From Gammaproteobacteria bacterium (lineage in GTDB: Bacteria > Pseudomonadota > Gammaproteobacteria > Arenicellales > Poriferihabitantaceae), in contig JBLIOD010000004.1 in assembly GCA_047639475.1 (NCBI GenBank), forward strand, positions 14,159 to 78,158: a DNA stretch of 64,000 nt, in the 5' to 3' direction. The notes beneath the pieces were generated by a model that worked only from the letters and a program-made list of their open reading frames with translations, had not been told where the DNA came from and did no database searches. The position numbers and the translations under genes are program-made. This document shows, piece after piece, positions 49,843 through 59,710 of this stretch. Each line of letters begins with the position of its first letter. The first letter of the stretch is position 1.

Positions 49843-50388
49843 ATGCTTTATAGAATACTGATCTCCTTTTTTGCGATCTTCGTGCTGTCATCCATCAGTA
49901 TGGCTGCTGAATTGCCGGCGACTACCGATATTGATAATACTGAATTGACCCTAAATGATTCGGGCTATTGCCAAAAGGCGCTTATTAAAGTCTATAATCA
50001 CGGCTTATATTTGACGCAATCATCAAGCAGTGTGGCTGCCATTGTTGCAGCAGACGAAACGCAAGCCATTGAACTGGTGGTTACGTCTAGATTAGTCACT
50101 GCTGTAAATATTAGAGATGCGTTTGACGAAGGTATTCGCCGTTCAACCAAGAATCAAACTGATGCTATTAGCAGCGAAATAGCGTCATTTTCATCGGTTT
50201 TTGCAAACAGGGTTGAGAAGGGTGACCAATTTTCATTTACCTATACGACTGAACAAGGCACTACTATTATGAGAAATGGCGAGCAACAAAAGGTGATTGA
50301 GGGAATCGCTTTTAAGCAGGCGTTGTTCGGTATTTGGTTGTCAGCTAATTCAGTTGATCAAAAGCTTAAAGTTAAATTACTGGGGTAA
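49843..50388 (+). CDS. Secreted chalcone-isomerase-like family protein
   Basis: 181 aa with a signal peptide (ILISFFAIFVLSSISMAAE). The pattern ...KVY..GLYL... and the overall size match bacterial CHI-like (fatty-acid-binding-type) proteins. This is a motif-level call. Confidence 0.45.
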   Translation: MLYRILISFFAIFVLSSISMAAELPATTDIDNTELTLNDSGYCQKALIKVYNHGLYLTQSSSSVAAIVAADETQAIELVVTSRLVTAVNIRDAFDEGIRRSTKNQTDAISSEIASFSSVFANRVEKGDQFSFTYTTEQGTTIMRNGEQQKVIEGIAFKQALFGIWLSANSVDQKLKVKLLG

Positions 50389-50404
50389 TGGAAAGGCTCT
50401 AACT

Positions 50405-51784
50405 ATGGCAAGCAATGTAGAATCATTACGGCAATCACCCCGATTGCCACCTCAATCGACAGAAGCCGAACAATCATTATTGGGCGGTTTGATGTTGGAG
50501 TCACGTCACTTTGACGAAGTATCCAATGAAATCGATTCTGATGATTTCTATAATCAAAACCACACCCGTATCTACGTCACTATTCAGCGCCTTTTAGAAC
50601 AGTCTCAGCCGGTAGATGTGGTGACGGTTTCGGAAGAGCTAGAGCGCAACGATGAACTTGAACGAATTGGTGGCTTGGCTTATTTAGGGACACTGGCTAA
50701 CAACACGCCCAGTACGGCCAATATTGTCACCTACTCAAAGATCATTCGCGAGCGGTCTATACTGCGCAAATTGATCAATGCGTCGACCGATATTGCCGAT
50801 TCAGCCTATAACTTAGAAGGGCGTAAACCACGAGAAGTATTAGATAGGGCAGAGCAAGCTATTTTTAATATTTCAGAAACTGATGGCCGTAAACGCGATG
50901 GTTTTCAAACCATTACCAATTTAGTAGCGAAATCAGTTGACCGCATTGAAGCGCTAAATGAAAGCGGTAGTTCGATTACCGGTATATCCACTGGCTACGC
51001 AAAGTTAGATGACAAAACTTCCGGTTTACAACGGGGCGATTTAATCGTGGTTGCCGGTCGACCATCAATGGGTAAAACCTCATTCTGTATGAACCTAGCG
51101 GAATATGCAGCGATAGAGCAAGGCATGAAAGTCGCGGTGTTTAGCATGGAGATGCCGGGCGAATCATTGGCCACTCGCCTTATTTCATCCTTAGGTAGGG
51201 TGAATTCGAGCAAGCTGCGTTCTGGGCAGTTATCTGATGAAGATTGGCCTCGGATTTCCAATGCGATACGTTTGCTTAACGAGGCCAAAATTCATGTAGA
51301 CGATTCAGCGGGATTAACGCCTATTGAAATTCGTTCTCGAGCAAGACGATTGGCGCGAGAATTAGGCGGTTTAGATATGATCGTCATTGATTACCTGCAA
51401 CTCATGCAATCGTCTGAAAGCAATGAGAACCGCGCGACCGAAATATCGCAAATGACGCGTTCATTAAAGATGCTGGCCAAGGAATTGGATTTGCCGCTGA
51501 TTATTCTCTCACAGTTGAATCGCAGCCTGGAACAACGACCGGATAAGCGCCCAGTCATGTCGGATTTACGTGAGTCAGGTGCCATTGAGCAAGATGCTGA
51601 CGTCATCTTTTTCATCTACCGAGATGAAGTATATGACGATGAATCCAATGATAAAGGTATCGCTGAAATTATCATTGGCAAACAACGTAATGGGCCTATC
51701 GGTAAAGTAAAGCTAGCTTTTATCGGAGAATTTACTCGATTTGAGAATTTGGCGCCCGCTGATTTCGAAAGCTTTAATAACTAA
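50405..51784 (+). CDS. dnaB: Replicative DNA helicase DnaB
   Basis: From ATG 50405 the translation reads MASNVESLRQSPRLPPQSTEAEQSLLGGLML. It has Walker A GRPSMGKTSF, SLEM, DYLQLM, the RecA-like core and IIGKQRNGP. The ORF-track start at 50297 overlaps the upstream gene and lacks homology. Confidence 0.95.
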   Translation: MASNVESLRQSPRLPPQSTEAEQSLLGGLMLESRHFDEVSNEIDSDDFYNQNHTRIYVTIQRLLEQSQPVDVVTVSEELERNDELERIGGLAYLGTLANNTPSTANIVTYSKIIRERSILRKLINASTDIADSAYNLEGRKPREVLDRAEQAIFNISETDGRKRDGFQTITNLVAKSVDRIEALNESGSSITGISTGYAKLDDKTSGLQRGDLIVVAGRPSMGKTSFCMNLAEYAAIEQGMKVAVFSMEMPGESLATRLISSLGRVNSSKLRSGQLSDEDWPRISNAIRLLNEAKIHVDDSAGLTPIEIRSRARRLARELGGLDMIVIDYLQLMQSSESNENRATEISQMTRSLKMLAKELDLPLIILSQLNRSLEQRPDKRPVMSDLRESGAIEQDADVIFFIYRDEVYDDESNDKGIAEIIIGKQRNGPIGKVKLAFIGEFTRFENLAPADFESFNN

Positions 51785-51808
51785 GTTCGTCACCGGGTTA
51801 GTCGCTGT

Positions 51809-52885
51809 ATGCAACATAGAGTTTGGGCAGAGATACATGCGTCTGCTGCTAAGCACAACTTGGCCGCTGTCAAGAAACTAACACCCAGCGCAAAGTTAAT
51901 GGCGGTACTTAAAGCAGATGCTTATGGCCACGGCCAGCAGTTTATGGCCAATACCTTTGATAACGGCATTGACGCTATTGCCATCGCAACAATTGAAGAG
52001 GGCGTCCGCCTTCGTGAGCTGGGTTGCATCCAGCCCATCGTATGCTTAAGCGGTCTTATTGACCCTACTCAACTAGCATTATGTACCCTGCATAACATTA
52101 CGCCAACGTTCTATCAACCAGAGCAACTACAATGGTTGGCAGCTTATGAGGGGGAAATAAAGGACAGCTGGGTGAAGATAAATACAGGCATGAATCGTTT
52201 GGGGTTTGAAATTGATCAGGTTGATGCTGTGGTAAAGCAAGTGACTGCCAGTTGCAGCGGCACAGTGGGCATCATGTCGCATTTTGCCAATGCAGACACG
52301 CCAGATGACCCACACAATGACTACCAGATTTCTCGATTTACCTCAGCCATAAAACCATTTTCTGATGCGGCTTTTTCAATGGCCAACTCTGCAGCTGTTC
52401 TAAAATTGCCTCATAGTCATTATGACTGGGTGCGCCCTGGGGTGGTGCTATACGGCGCTTCCCCCTTTGCCGAGCACACCGCTGGTGACCTAGGACTTAG
52501 AGCGGTGATGTATTTGAAATCGAGCTTGATAAGTTGTTACTCTATCAGCGAAGATGACCGTGTAGGGTACGGCGGCATCTGGGCAGCTAAAGATACGACT
52601 CGCATTGGGGTTGTTTCAGCTGGCTATGCAGATGGTTATCCGCGTAATGTCAGTGACGAGGCTTATGTGCTCATTAATCAACAATCCGCACCGATTATTG
52701 GACGTGTCTCAATGGATACACTGGCGGTAGATTTAAGCAGTTTAGATGACTGCAAAACAGGCGATGATGTAGAGTTATGGGGAGAACAGCTCAGCGTGGA
52801 TACGGTAGCAAAATGGGCAGGAACAATTGGTTATGAATTGTTATGTAAGGTTGGTCAACGAGTTGCGCGCATCAATATAGATTAG
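51809..52885 (+). CDS. alr: Alanine racemase
   Basis: 358 aa with the PLP-lysine motif AVLKADAYGHG and the YGGIW/VSMD motifs. It follows dnaB, as in E. coli. Confidence 0.93.
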   Translation: MQHRVWAEIHASAAKHNLAAVKKLTPSAKLMAVLKADAYGHGQQFMANTFDNGIDAIAIATIEEGVRLRELGCIQPIVCLSGLIDPTQLALCTLHNITPTFYQPEQLQWLAAYEGEIKDSWVKINTGMNRLGFEIDQVDAVVKQVTASCSGTVGIMSHFANADTPDDPHNDYQISRFTSAIKPFSDAAFSMANSAAVLKLPHSHYDWVRPGVVLYGASPFAEHTAGDLGLRAVMYLKSSLISCYSISEDDRVGYGGIWAAKDTTRIGVVSAGYADGYPRNVSDEAYVLINQQSAPIIGRVSMDTLAVDLSSLDDCKTGDDVELWGEQLSVDTVAKWAGTIGYELLCKVGQRVARINID

Positions 52886-52887
52886 TT

Positions 52888-54249
52888 ATGGCCAAATCCA
52901 AAACAGTTTACTTGTGTACTGATTGCGGTAGTGTCGCCCCTAAATGGGCAGGGCAGTGCGGGGACTGCGGTGAATGGAATACCTTGATTGCACGGGTAGA
53001 GCAGGGCACATCGGTTGCTGCTAGACACGCTGGCTTGGCGCCAGATTCAAGTGTTATAGAGCTTAAGGATGTTGATTTGCAAAAAGTCCAACGTCTATCT
53101 ACCCATAGTGCTGAATTAGATCGAGTATTGGGCGGCGGCGTGGTGCCGGGTTCAGTGATTCTATTAGGTGGTGACCCAGGTATTGGTAAGTCGACATTGC
53201 TAACGCAATATATGGCGAAGATGAACCGGCAACAATCCGTGTTATACACTAGCGGCGAAGAGTCAGCTCAGCAAATTGCCATTAGAGCAAAACGCTTAGG
53301 CGAAGAAACTCAGTCACTTAAGGTGATGGCCGAAAATCGATTGGAGCCTATACTGCAAGCTGCCCAAAAGACGCGACCGGATGTTTTGGTGGTTGATTCG
53401 ATACAAACGGTCTACACCGAGGCCATAGAGTCGGCACCGGGCAGTGTGACCCAAGTAAGAGAATGTGCAGCGCGATTAGTGCGCTATGCCAAGCAAAATA
53501 ATTGCGCGGTAATGTTAGTGGGGCACGTCACTAAAGAAGGCTCGTTAGCGGGCCCGCGTATATTAGAACACATGGTTGATGCGGTATTGTATTTCGAAGG
53601 TGACACCGCCAGTAGTTTCAGGCTCATTCGCGCTATTAAAAATCGCTTCGGTGCAGTCAATGAAATAGGCGTGTTTGCCATGACTGAAGAAGGCTTAGTT
53701 GACGTAAGCAACCCATCAGCCATGTTTGTCAGCCGTTTCAGTACGGAAGCTGCCGGCAGTGTTGTGTTGGCGACCCAAGAAGGTTCACGGCCGTTACTGG
53801 TTGAAGTGCAAGCCTTGGTGGATCAAAGTGCATTAGGCAACCCACGACGACTATGCGTTGGTTTAGAGCAAAACAGGTTGGCGATGTTGTTGGCAATTCT
53901 CCATCGACATGGAGGTTTGATGTTGAGCGACCAAGATGTATTTGCCAATGTCGTGGGTGGCATAAAAGTCACTGAAACAGCCTCTGATTTGGCCGTGGTG
54001 ATAGCCTTGATTTCGAGTTTGTTGAATCGTTCAATAGGCAGTAAACTGGTGGCGTTCGGAGAGTTAGGATTAACAGGAGAAATTCGCCCGGTGCAAGGTG
54101 GACAAGACAGAATTAAGGAAGCTCGAAAACTCGGGTTTGACAGCGTTATGTTGCCAAAAGCGAACGTTCCGAAAAAACCGGTGTCGGACATAAAACTGGT
54201 GCCGGTAACGCACATACAACAAGTACTAGAATTTTTACAATCACACTAA
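52888..54249 (+). CDS. radA: DNA repair protein RadA/Sms
   Basis: It has the Zn finger C..CG.......G.C..C..WNT, Walker A GGDPGIGKSTL, KNRFG and a Lon-like C-terminal domain. Confidence 0.95.
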   Translation: MAKSKTVYLCTDCGSVAPKWAGQCGDCGEWNTLIARVEQGTSVAARHAGLAPDSSVIELKDVDLQKVQRLSTHSAELDRVLGGGVVPGSVILLGGDPGIGKSTLLTQYMAKMNRQQSVLYTSGEESAQQIAIRAKRLGEETQSLKVMAENRLEPILQAAQKTRPDVLVVDSIQTVYTEAIESAPGSVTQVRECAARLVRYAKQNNCAVMLVGHVTKEGSLAGPRILEHMVDAVLYFEGDTASSFRLIRAIKNRFGAVNEIGVFAMTEEGLVDVSNPSAMFVSRFSTEAAGSVVLATQEGSRPLLVEVQALVDQSALGNPRRLCVGLEQNRLAMLLAILHRHGGLMLSDQDVFANVVGGIKVTETASDLAVVIALISSLLNRSIGSKLVAFGELGLTGEIRPVQGGQDRIKEARKLGFDSVMLPKANVPKKPVSDIKLVPVTHIQQVLEFLQSH

Positions 54250-54251
54250 AT

Positions 54252-54953
54252 ATGATCAACAATATGCTTAAAAAAACACTTATCGCTTCTAGCCTCTCTT
54301 TTTTAATACTTAGTGGTTCCTTGTCAGCTGAAACTGATTTAACTAATGCGCTCGACAAAAAGAGTTACGCTTTGGGCATGGTCTTTGGCCAGCAAATTTC
54401 AGACAATCTTGACAAAGGGCAATTCGAAGTTAACACAATCTCAGTGATTGAAGGTCTGTCTGCAGTCTTAAGCGGCGGTGATACACTGATGAATCAAGCT
54501 GAGTTGCAATCGTTCTTGCAAGAAGAGCAAGAACGGCAGGCGGCCAAAGCTAGCGAACAAGCGGAGTCGGCGGTGAAGGAAGGTCAAGCTTTCCTAGAAG
54601 GTTATGCTAAGGAAGAAGGCGTATCAACCACAGATACAGGGATTCACTACAAGATACTTGCTGAAGGCACAGGAAAACAACCATTGGAATCCGATACAGT
54701 TCAGGTACATTATGCTGGCACCCTAAAGGATGGTACGGAATTTGATAGCTCTTATGCTCGCGGTACGCCTGCGGAGTTTCCAGTTAGTGGTGTAATTAAA
54801 GGTTGGCAGCAAATATTGCCGATGATGAAAGAAGGCTCAAAGTGGGAAGTTGCTATACCATCAGAACTCGCTTATGGCGAACGTGGTGCTGGCGGCAATA
54901 TCGGCCCTCATCAACCGTTGGTATTTGTCATTGAGTTGCTTGAGATAAAGTAA
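54252..54953 (+). CDS. Periplasmic FKBP-type peptidyl-prolyl isomerase (Mip/FkpA-like)
   Basis: 233 aa with a signal peptide, a helical dimerisation arm and the FKBP domain (V.VHY.GTL.DGTEFDSSY.RG.P.EF.....I.GW......M..G.KW...IPS.LAYGE.G). Confidence 0.88.
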   Translation: MINNMLKKTLIASSLSFLILSGSLSAETDLTNALDKKSYALGMVFGQQISDNLDKGQFEVNTISVIEGLSAVLSGGDTLMNQAELQSFLQEEQERQAAKASEQAESAVKEGQAFLEGYAKEEGVSTTDTGIHYKILAEGTGKQPLESDTVQVHYAGTLKDGTEFDSSYARGTPAEFPVSGVIKGWQQILPMMKEGSKWEVAIPSELAYGERGAGGNIGPHQPLVFVIELLEIK

Positions 54954-55037
54954 ATACTACTCAAAGGCTGTCCATCGTAGGGTAAACAGCGGGTAATTTA
55001 ACTCGGAAGTATTAGCCGTACTCCGATATATAAAAGT

Positions 55038-55060
55038 CAATAATGCAGTGCGCATTATTG
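55038..55060. terminator. Putative bidirectional terminator hairpin between the convergent FKBP and doxX genes
   Basis: A 9-bp stem, caataatgc (55038-55046) with gcattattg (55052-55060), has a 5-nt loop. It is followed on the + strand by gcttctttgttttatttt and flanked by A/T-rich sequence on the other side. Confidence 0.5.
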
Positions 55061-55071
55061 GCTTCTTTGTT

Positions 55072-55452
55072 TTATTTTCTAGCGGCGTCTACGCTCCAAA
55101 TACCTGCACCCTTACAGGAGATAAACAGGAACACAAAGCAGAACATAATTGCTAGCTCGCCACCGTTGAGCATGGGCAAGAGTGGATTAGAGCCAGGTAC
55201 ATGGAATACCCAGTAAGCCACCGCCATGGTGCCACTGCAAATGAAAGCAGCTTGACGAGTAAGTAGGCCTACCATCAACAGTAAGCCCCCGATTAGTTCA
55301 ACTCCTCCTCCCACTGTCATCATGGCGTTTAGTTCGGGGCCGGCTTTTGGAAAGTCTAAAAATTTCTGTGTACCGTGCCATAAAAATAAAAAGCCAGTCA
55401 CTATTCGCATTAGCGCGTAACTTTGCGATTCGTACTTGTTTAAAAAATGCAT
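55072..55452 (-). CDS. DoxX family membrane protein
   Basis: 126 aa with four TM helices. The N-terminus LMRIVTGFLFLWHGTQK is typical of DoxX. Confidence 0.8.
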   Translation of the reverse strand: MHFLNKYESQSYALMRIVTGFLFLWHGTQKFLDFPKAGPELNAMMTVGGGVELIGGLLLMVGLLTRQAAFICSGTMAVAYWVFHVPGSNPLLPMLNGGELAIMFCFVFLFISCKGAGIWSVDAARK

Positions 55453-55549
55453 TGCTTCTCCTCGGGTTAATAAAATGGACTTGTATCAGAACTTACGTGC
55501 TTACTTATTAAGATTACTACATATTGATTTGCCACTAGTTTAAGATACT

Positions 55550-55950
55550 CCCCTGATCCCCCTCCCCCTGATGCGTCAATTGTTGCCAGAGAGGCCTGGC
55601 GCAGCACTGTGCGATCACGATACGCTGGCGATTGTACGCCGTGGCGGCCAAAGTGGTCAGAACGGGGAGTGGATTATATGTGAAGCTACAGAAAAAACAC
55701 AAAACACTGCTGGAGCAAGTGTTACGGGCATTGAAGGAACTTGAGCCACCTCCGATTTGACGTAATTCTTCGCTGTGAGAACGAGCGTCCTTAGGATAGT
55801 TGTGTCTAAAATTACACATTATGGACTGAAAGTGCGTCAAGAGACAGTTTTCGACTTACCTATGCGGTCATATTTGCCTGTGCTTGATAAAAATCAGGCT
55901 TGAAATCTGAGTTTAGAAGTTTTTAGGGTATTAGCGATCTCTATCTGGGG
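55550..55950 (+). mobile_element. Internally deleted / truncated copy of the IS1380-family element seen at 60994-62502 (3-prime ~375 nt plus a vestige of the other end)
   Basis: The reverse complement of 55571-55950 aligns with 61004-61382, with about 15 differences by eye including a 1-nt indel. It encodes the last ~60 codons of the transposase (LAQHCAITIRWRLYAVAAKVVRTGSGLYVKLQKKHKTLLEQVLRALKELEPPPI*). 55551-55561 (ccctgatcccc) equals the outer part of the opposite inverted repeat. Confidence 0.75.
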
Positions 55951-56240
55951 AGCACCAATGTCTGGGTCAGTGGAATTTCCCTTGGCTGCGGACTTATCAT
56001 AGGCGGGGAAATGATTATCTTCAAACGCAGATGAACGCGCGGCCCTACCCATTCCTTTTCTGACTCGCGACTTCAGCGAGTTTGCGTTAGAAAAACCGTC
56101 ATGCGTATGTCCATGTAAAATAGCAATAACATTGTAATCTCGTATGGCATTCCAGAAGGCCAGTTGTTGAGATGCAGAAATAGCATCAGAATCAAAGGAT
56201 GCGTAATGTTGGATAATCACCACTGGCTTTCCTATAAGCC
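55951..56240 (-). pseudogene. Metallophosphoesterase gene fragment (both ends lost)
   Basis: The minus-strand translation GKPVVIIQHYASFD...NVIAILHGHTHD carries calcineurin-like phosphoesterase motifs. It is cut by the IS1380 fragment at 55950 and by the IS256 remnant near 56240. ORF-track entry 55894..56223 is a chimera that reads on into the IS end. Confidence 0.55.
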
Positions 56241-57411
56241 CATCACTTCTACTCGCAATAGTGAAAAAGTCTCAGATTCAGGACGTGCCGGTGTCGTTCG
56301 TAACGGCTATTTGCCAGAACGTGAACTGCATACTGGGATTGGCCCAGTCAAGGTACGTATTCCCAAGGTGCGCTCCCGAACTGGAGTACCGATCTGCTTT
56401 AGTGCCGCCGTATGTGCGTAAGACGAGAACACTAGAGGCGGCCCTGCCTTGGCTGTATCTCAAGGGTGTCAGCACTGGAGAAATGGGGGATGCGCTGAGT
56501 GTGCTATTGGGTCAATCAGCGACTGGGTTATCATCAAGCACAGTAAGCAAACTCAAAGCAACGTGGTCTCTGGAGTGCAAGGATTGGAATAAAGAACGTT
56601 TAGATTCAAGATCGATGGGTTTATCTATGGGCAGACGGGATACACAGCGGTCTGCGCGGCGGTGAGGGCCAGCTGTGTGCCTTGGTTGTTATCGGAGTGA
56701 ACGAGCGTGGTCACAAGAAGTTACTGGCGATTGAAGACGGTGAGCGAGAGTCTACGCAGAGTTGGCGAGAGGGTTTGTTGGCGCTCAAGGAGCGAGGCAT
56801 AAATCAAGCAGAACTGGGCATCGGTGATGGCGCTTTAGGCTTCTGGAATGCCCAGGAAGAAGTCTATCCTGCTACTAAACATCAACGGTGCTGGGTACAT
56901 AAAACAGCAACTTACTGAACAAGCCACCTAAATCGGTGCAGCCCAAAGCAAAAGCAGCACTGCATAACATCTGGCAGGAAGAAACTGAAGAAGCGCCGCA
57001 AAGCGCCTATCAATTATTCATTTAAATCTATCTAGACAAGTATCCCAAAGCCACACAGTGTTTGGAAAAAGATCGCGAAGAGTTAATGGCGTTCTACTCG
57101 TTCCCTGCCAAGCATTGGGTGAGCATACGTACTACGAATCCAATTGAATTAACCTTCCGGCTATCCGACACTGCACCAAACGATGCAAGGGATGCAAGGG
57201 ATGTCTTAGCCGTGATGGCATGTTAAGCATGATGTTCAAACTGGGTCAGTGCGCAGAGAAAAAGTGGAACCGAATACGCGGGTTTGACTATCTAGCAAAA
57301 GTGATTCAAGGGGTTCCATTTAAAGATGGGATAAAGCAAACTAATCCCTATTCAGACCAAACCGAGGCCGCTTGAAGGAAATGCCTCATACACCAGATTC
57401 GGGCATAACTC
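56241..57411 (+). mobile_element. IS256-family (mutator-type) transposase remnant, 5-prime truncated, with multiple frameshifts and an in-frame stop
   Basis: Homology must be pieced together from all three + frames: VVRNGYLPERELHTGIGPVKVRIPKVR / LVPPYVRKTRTLEAALPWLYLKGVSTGEM / WVYLWADGIH...LVVIGVNERGHKKLLAIEDGERES / QRCWVHKTA / NLLNKPPKSVQPKAK...SIRTTNPIE / GMLSMMFKLGQCAEKKWNRIRGFDYLAKVIQGVPFKDG...AA* (stop at 57373-57375). The first ~85 codons and the left inverted repeat are missing. The right boundary is approximate. Confidence 0.8.
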
Positions 57412-57712
57412 TGTCCTGGTTAGGCTTTGCTTATCAAAAATTCGGGCAATCAAAGAGTGCAATTGATGCCTACAATCAAGCCCGCAGCACAATCAGAATG
57501 ATATGCAGGCTCACTTTAATCTAGGGTACGAATTGAAGAAGGTGAACCAATGCAGCAAAGCGATTGTGCATTTTAACAAGGTATTGGCACTACAGCCTGA
57601 TTATAGTAAATCGCATCTGCATCTCTCCACCTGTTATGAGCTGTTAGGGAAAGCGGAACTGGCAGAACAGCATTCACTACTTCACACAAGCGGCCAAGGT
57701 GGTGAAAATTAA
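57412..57712 (+). pseudogene. 3-prime remnant of a TPR-repeat gene, frameshifted
   Basis: The translation SWLGFAYQKFGQSKSAIDAY then shifts frame to QNDMQAHFNLGYELKKVNQCSKAIVHFNKVLALQPDYSKSHLHLSTCYELLGKAELAE. These are canonical TPR repeats. It has no start codon and abuts the IS256 remnant. Confidence 0.5.
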
Positions 57713-57977
57713 GCCATAATCATGTGCACCAAGAGAAAGATAACGAAGAAGAAACTCTATTTCGGCATTACGCCCGAAGCTCTTAAACCAGTCTACATTC
57801 AGCTCAAAAAATAAGACATCTAATTTAGAAATCTCGAAAGTAGGTTCGCTTTTGTTGACTCCTTTACACCTGATAAAATAAAAAGCGCTTAGATGAGTAT
57901 ATCCAAGTGCCTTTTTTACGTTTCTCCTAGTTCTAAAGTGCGCTCTTCCTTGAGCTTATTTTGTGTTGATAACTCGC

Positions 57978-59348
57978 TTATCTTCCGTATACATCAATTC
58001 CCGGCAGTGGACGATGGTACTTAACAACCTTGCTGTAAGCTTCAGATGCCGCCAACACGCCCTTGTCAACGTCAACCGGTAGACCTGCTTCTTCAGCTGA
58101 ATATAGGAAAGCAATAGCAGCCGACAGCGCATGTTGCGGCTGGATGCCACCTGTCGCACAAAGTCGCCAGCCCAGATCAGGTGCGCCTGGAATTGCCGCC
58201 GCTTCTACAGCGTGTTTGAAGTACATGATGTTCAGCACTTCCATGATTTTTTTCTCACCAAAACCTGTTGGCGCTTTAACCGCCGTTACCGCATTAGAGG
58301 CAGTATTGATATCCTTTGCTACCAGATCAAAGCCAGCGGCCTGCACGGCAGCGCGGTAGATATCGGAACAACCCGCATGGCGCTCACAAACGCGCTCAAT
58401 ACTTTCGATTGCATGTGCATCCAAAGCCGCAGCAAATTGGGAATAATCTCCGGGAGTCTCGATGTGCAGACCAGTAGCTTCCATGGCGTCAATCATCTTG
58501 CCAAGGTTTAGATAATGTTGGCCTTTTTTAATCCCAGCCTCTTGCAGCAGTTTGTCAGATTCACGAACTTTTTCTATTGCTTTGGGACTAAGAGAAAGCA
58601 TGCCGATACCGGGCGTACCCATCATACCTTTCTGACTACAGCCAGCAAGTATGTCGATTCCCATCTCAGTCATAGAACATGGCATCGTGCCGATGGAAGA
58701 AATGCCGTCAGTAAAAAGCAATGCCGGATGGTTTAGTTCATCCAGTAAGTCACGTAACTGTCTAGGGTTAGTCGTTACTCCGGCGCCCGTTTCGTTATGA
58801 GGTGCCATCACCATTTTGACGTCGCCGTTGGGGTCGTTTGCTAACACTTCGCGGCATTTAGCCAATGGCAGATCTTCACCCACTTTAGCTTTTAGGCGAA
58901 GCACATTTCTGCCCAAGTTTTCAACGCAGTTGCCCATGGCATTGCTGAAAGCACCGATCTCTAGCGTTATGATCGCTGGTGTTTCTAGGTCTGCTTCGCC
59001 TGGTGTACGCAGAGCGCCAGCAGCTGCCTCTGTTCCAGAAGTGCCAGAGCCGGTAAAGAACAAAGCCATACCACCTTCTTGCATATCAACTAGTTTCCCG
59101 TAATCTGCCCGAACCGCGGTAAAAAAACTTGCGGCGCCGGGGCCACGCATACCACGTGTTTGGTTAGACGAAAACTGGGTGACTAACTCAGAACCAAAAG
59201 CGGGACCTGGTGTGACGTTAATGATCTTATTATGAGGAGACCAAACAGGCTGTTTATCGTTAAGAAAATCGTGTTCCAGTGCGCCAGCTTGATCCGTTTC
59301 GATAAGACGTCTAAGTCCGGAAAGTGGAGAGATTAATTTATTTGTCAT
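57978..59348 (-). CDS. Class V (AGXT/serine-pyruvate type) PLP-dependent aminotransferase
   Basis: 456 aa. It has a GSGTSGTEAA glycine-rich loop, HNETGAGV, DGISS and the PLP-lysine motif SQKGMMGTPG. It is the only intact-looking gene inside the IS-bracketed patch. Confidence 0.78.
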   Translation of the reverse strand: MTNKLISPLSGLRRLIETDQAGALEHDFLNDKQPVWSPHNKIINVTPGPAFGSELVTQFSSNQTRGMRGPGAASFFTAVRADYGKLVDMQEGGMALFFTGSGTSGTEAAAGALRTPGEADLETPAIITLEIGAFSNAMGNCVENLGRNVLRLKAKVGEDLPLAKCREVLANDPNGDVKMVMAPHNETGAGVTTNPRQLRDLLDELNHPALLFTDGISSIGTMPCSMTEMGIDILAGCSQKGMMGTPGIGMLSLSPKAIEKVRESDKLLQEAGIKKGQHYLNLGKMIDAMEATGLHIETPGDYSQFAAALDAHAIESIERVCERHAGCSDIYRAAVQAAGFDLVAKDINTASNAVTAVKAPTGFGEKKIMEVLNIMYFKHAVEAAAIPGAPDLGWRLCATGGIQPQHALSAAIAFLYSAEEAGLPVDVDKGVLAASEAYSKVVKYHRPLPGIDVYGR

Positions 59349-59710
59349 TTTGATGTATTCTTAAATACTTACACAATTGTGATTTGCCACGTTGTTAGGG
59401 GCAAGGGTGAAAACCTAATTACTCAAGGTTATTATCCGAAGTTTATCGAACTCAGATAATCAATACCAGAATGGCGTCTAATTCGATTGCAACAGGTTTC
59501 GATATGGTACTAAGAAATTAAACTTTAGTGGCGATAATTCCAATCTGGCAACTTACCGAACCTATAAGTTTTGCCTCTATGTCCTGTTGCTGAAATATCG
59601 GATCATATATTCGATTTAACTTTATACTATAAGCCATGTCGAGTACGCACTGAGTAGAGTGGTGGGGACTGCCTTATCCCTGAACAATCAACAAGAGATG
59701 ACCACGGCGC

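Noticed and set aside
55535-55840. ORF-track entry of 101 aa on the minus strand, and its counterpart 61189..61452.
   Set aside because: Both lie inside the IS1380 3-prime segment and are off-frame or antisense readings of the transposase C-terminus and IR region. Their similarity to each other only reflects the DNA repeat.
57713-57977. A minus-strand open frame without a start (…FELNVDWFKSFGRNAEIEFLLRYLSLGAHDYG…) between the TPR tail and the aminotransferase.
   Set aside because: It has no start codon and no motif I recognise. It may be another gene fragment, but I cannot support a call.
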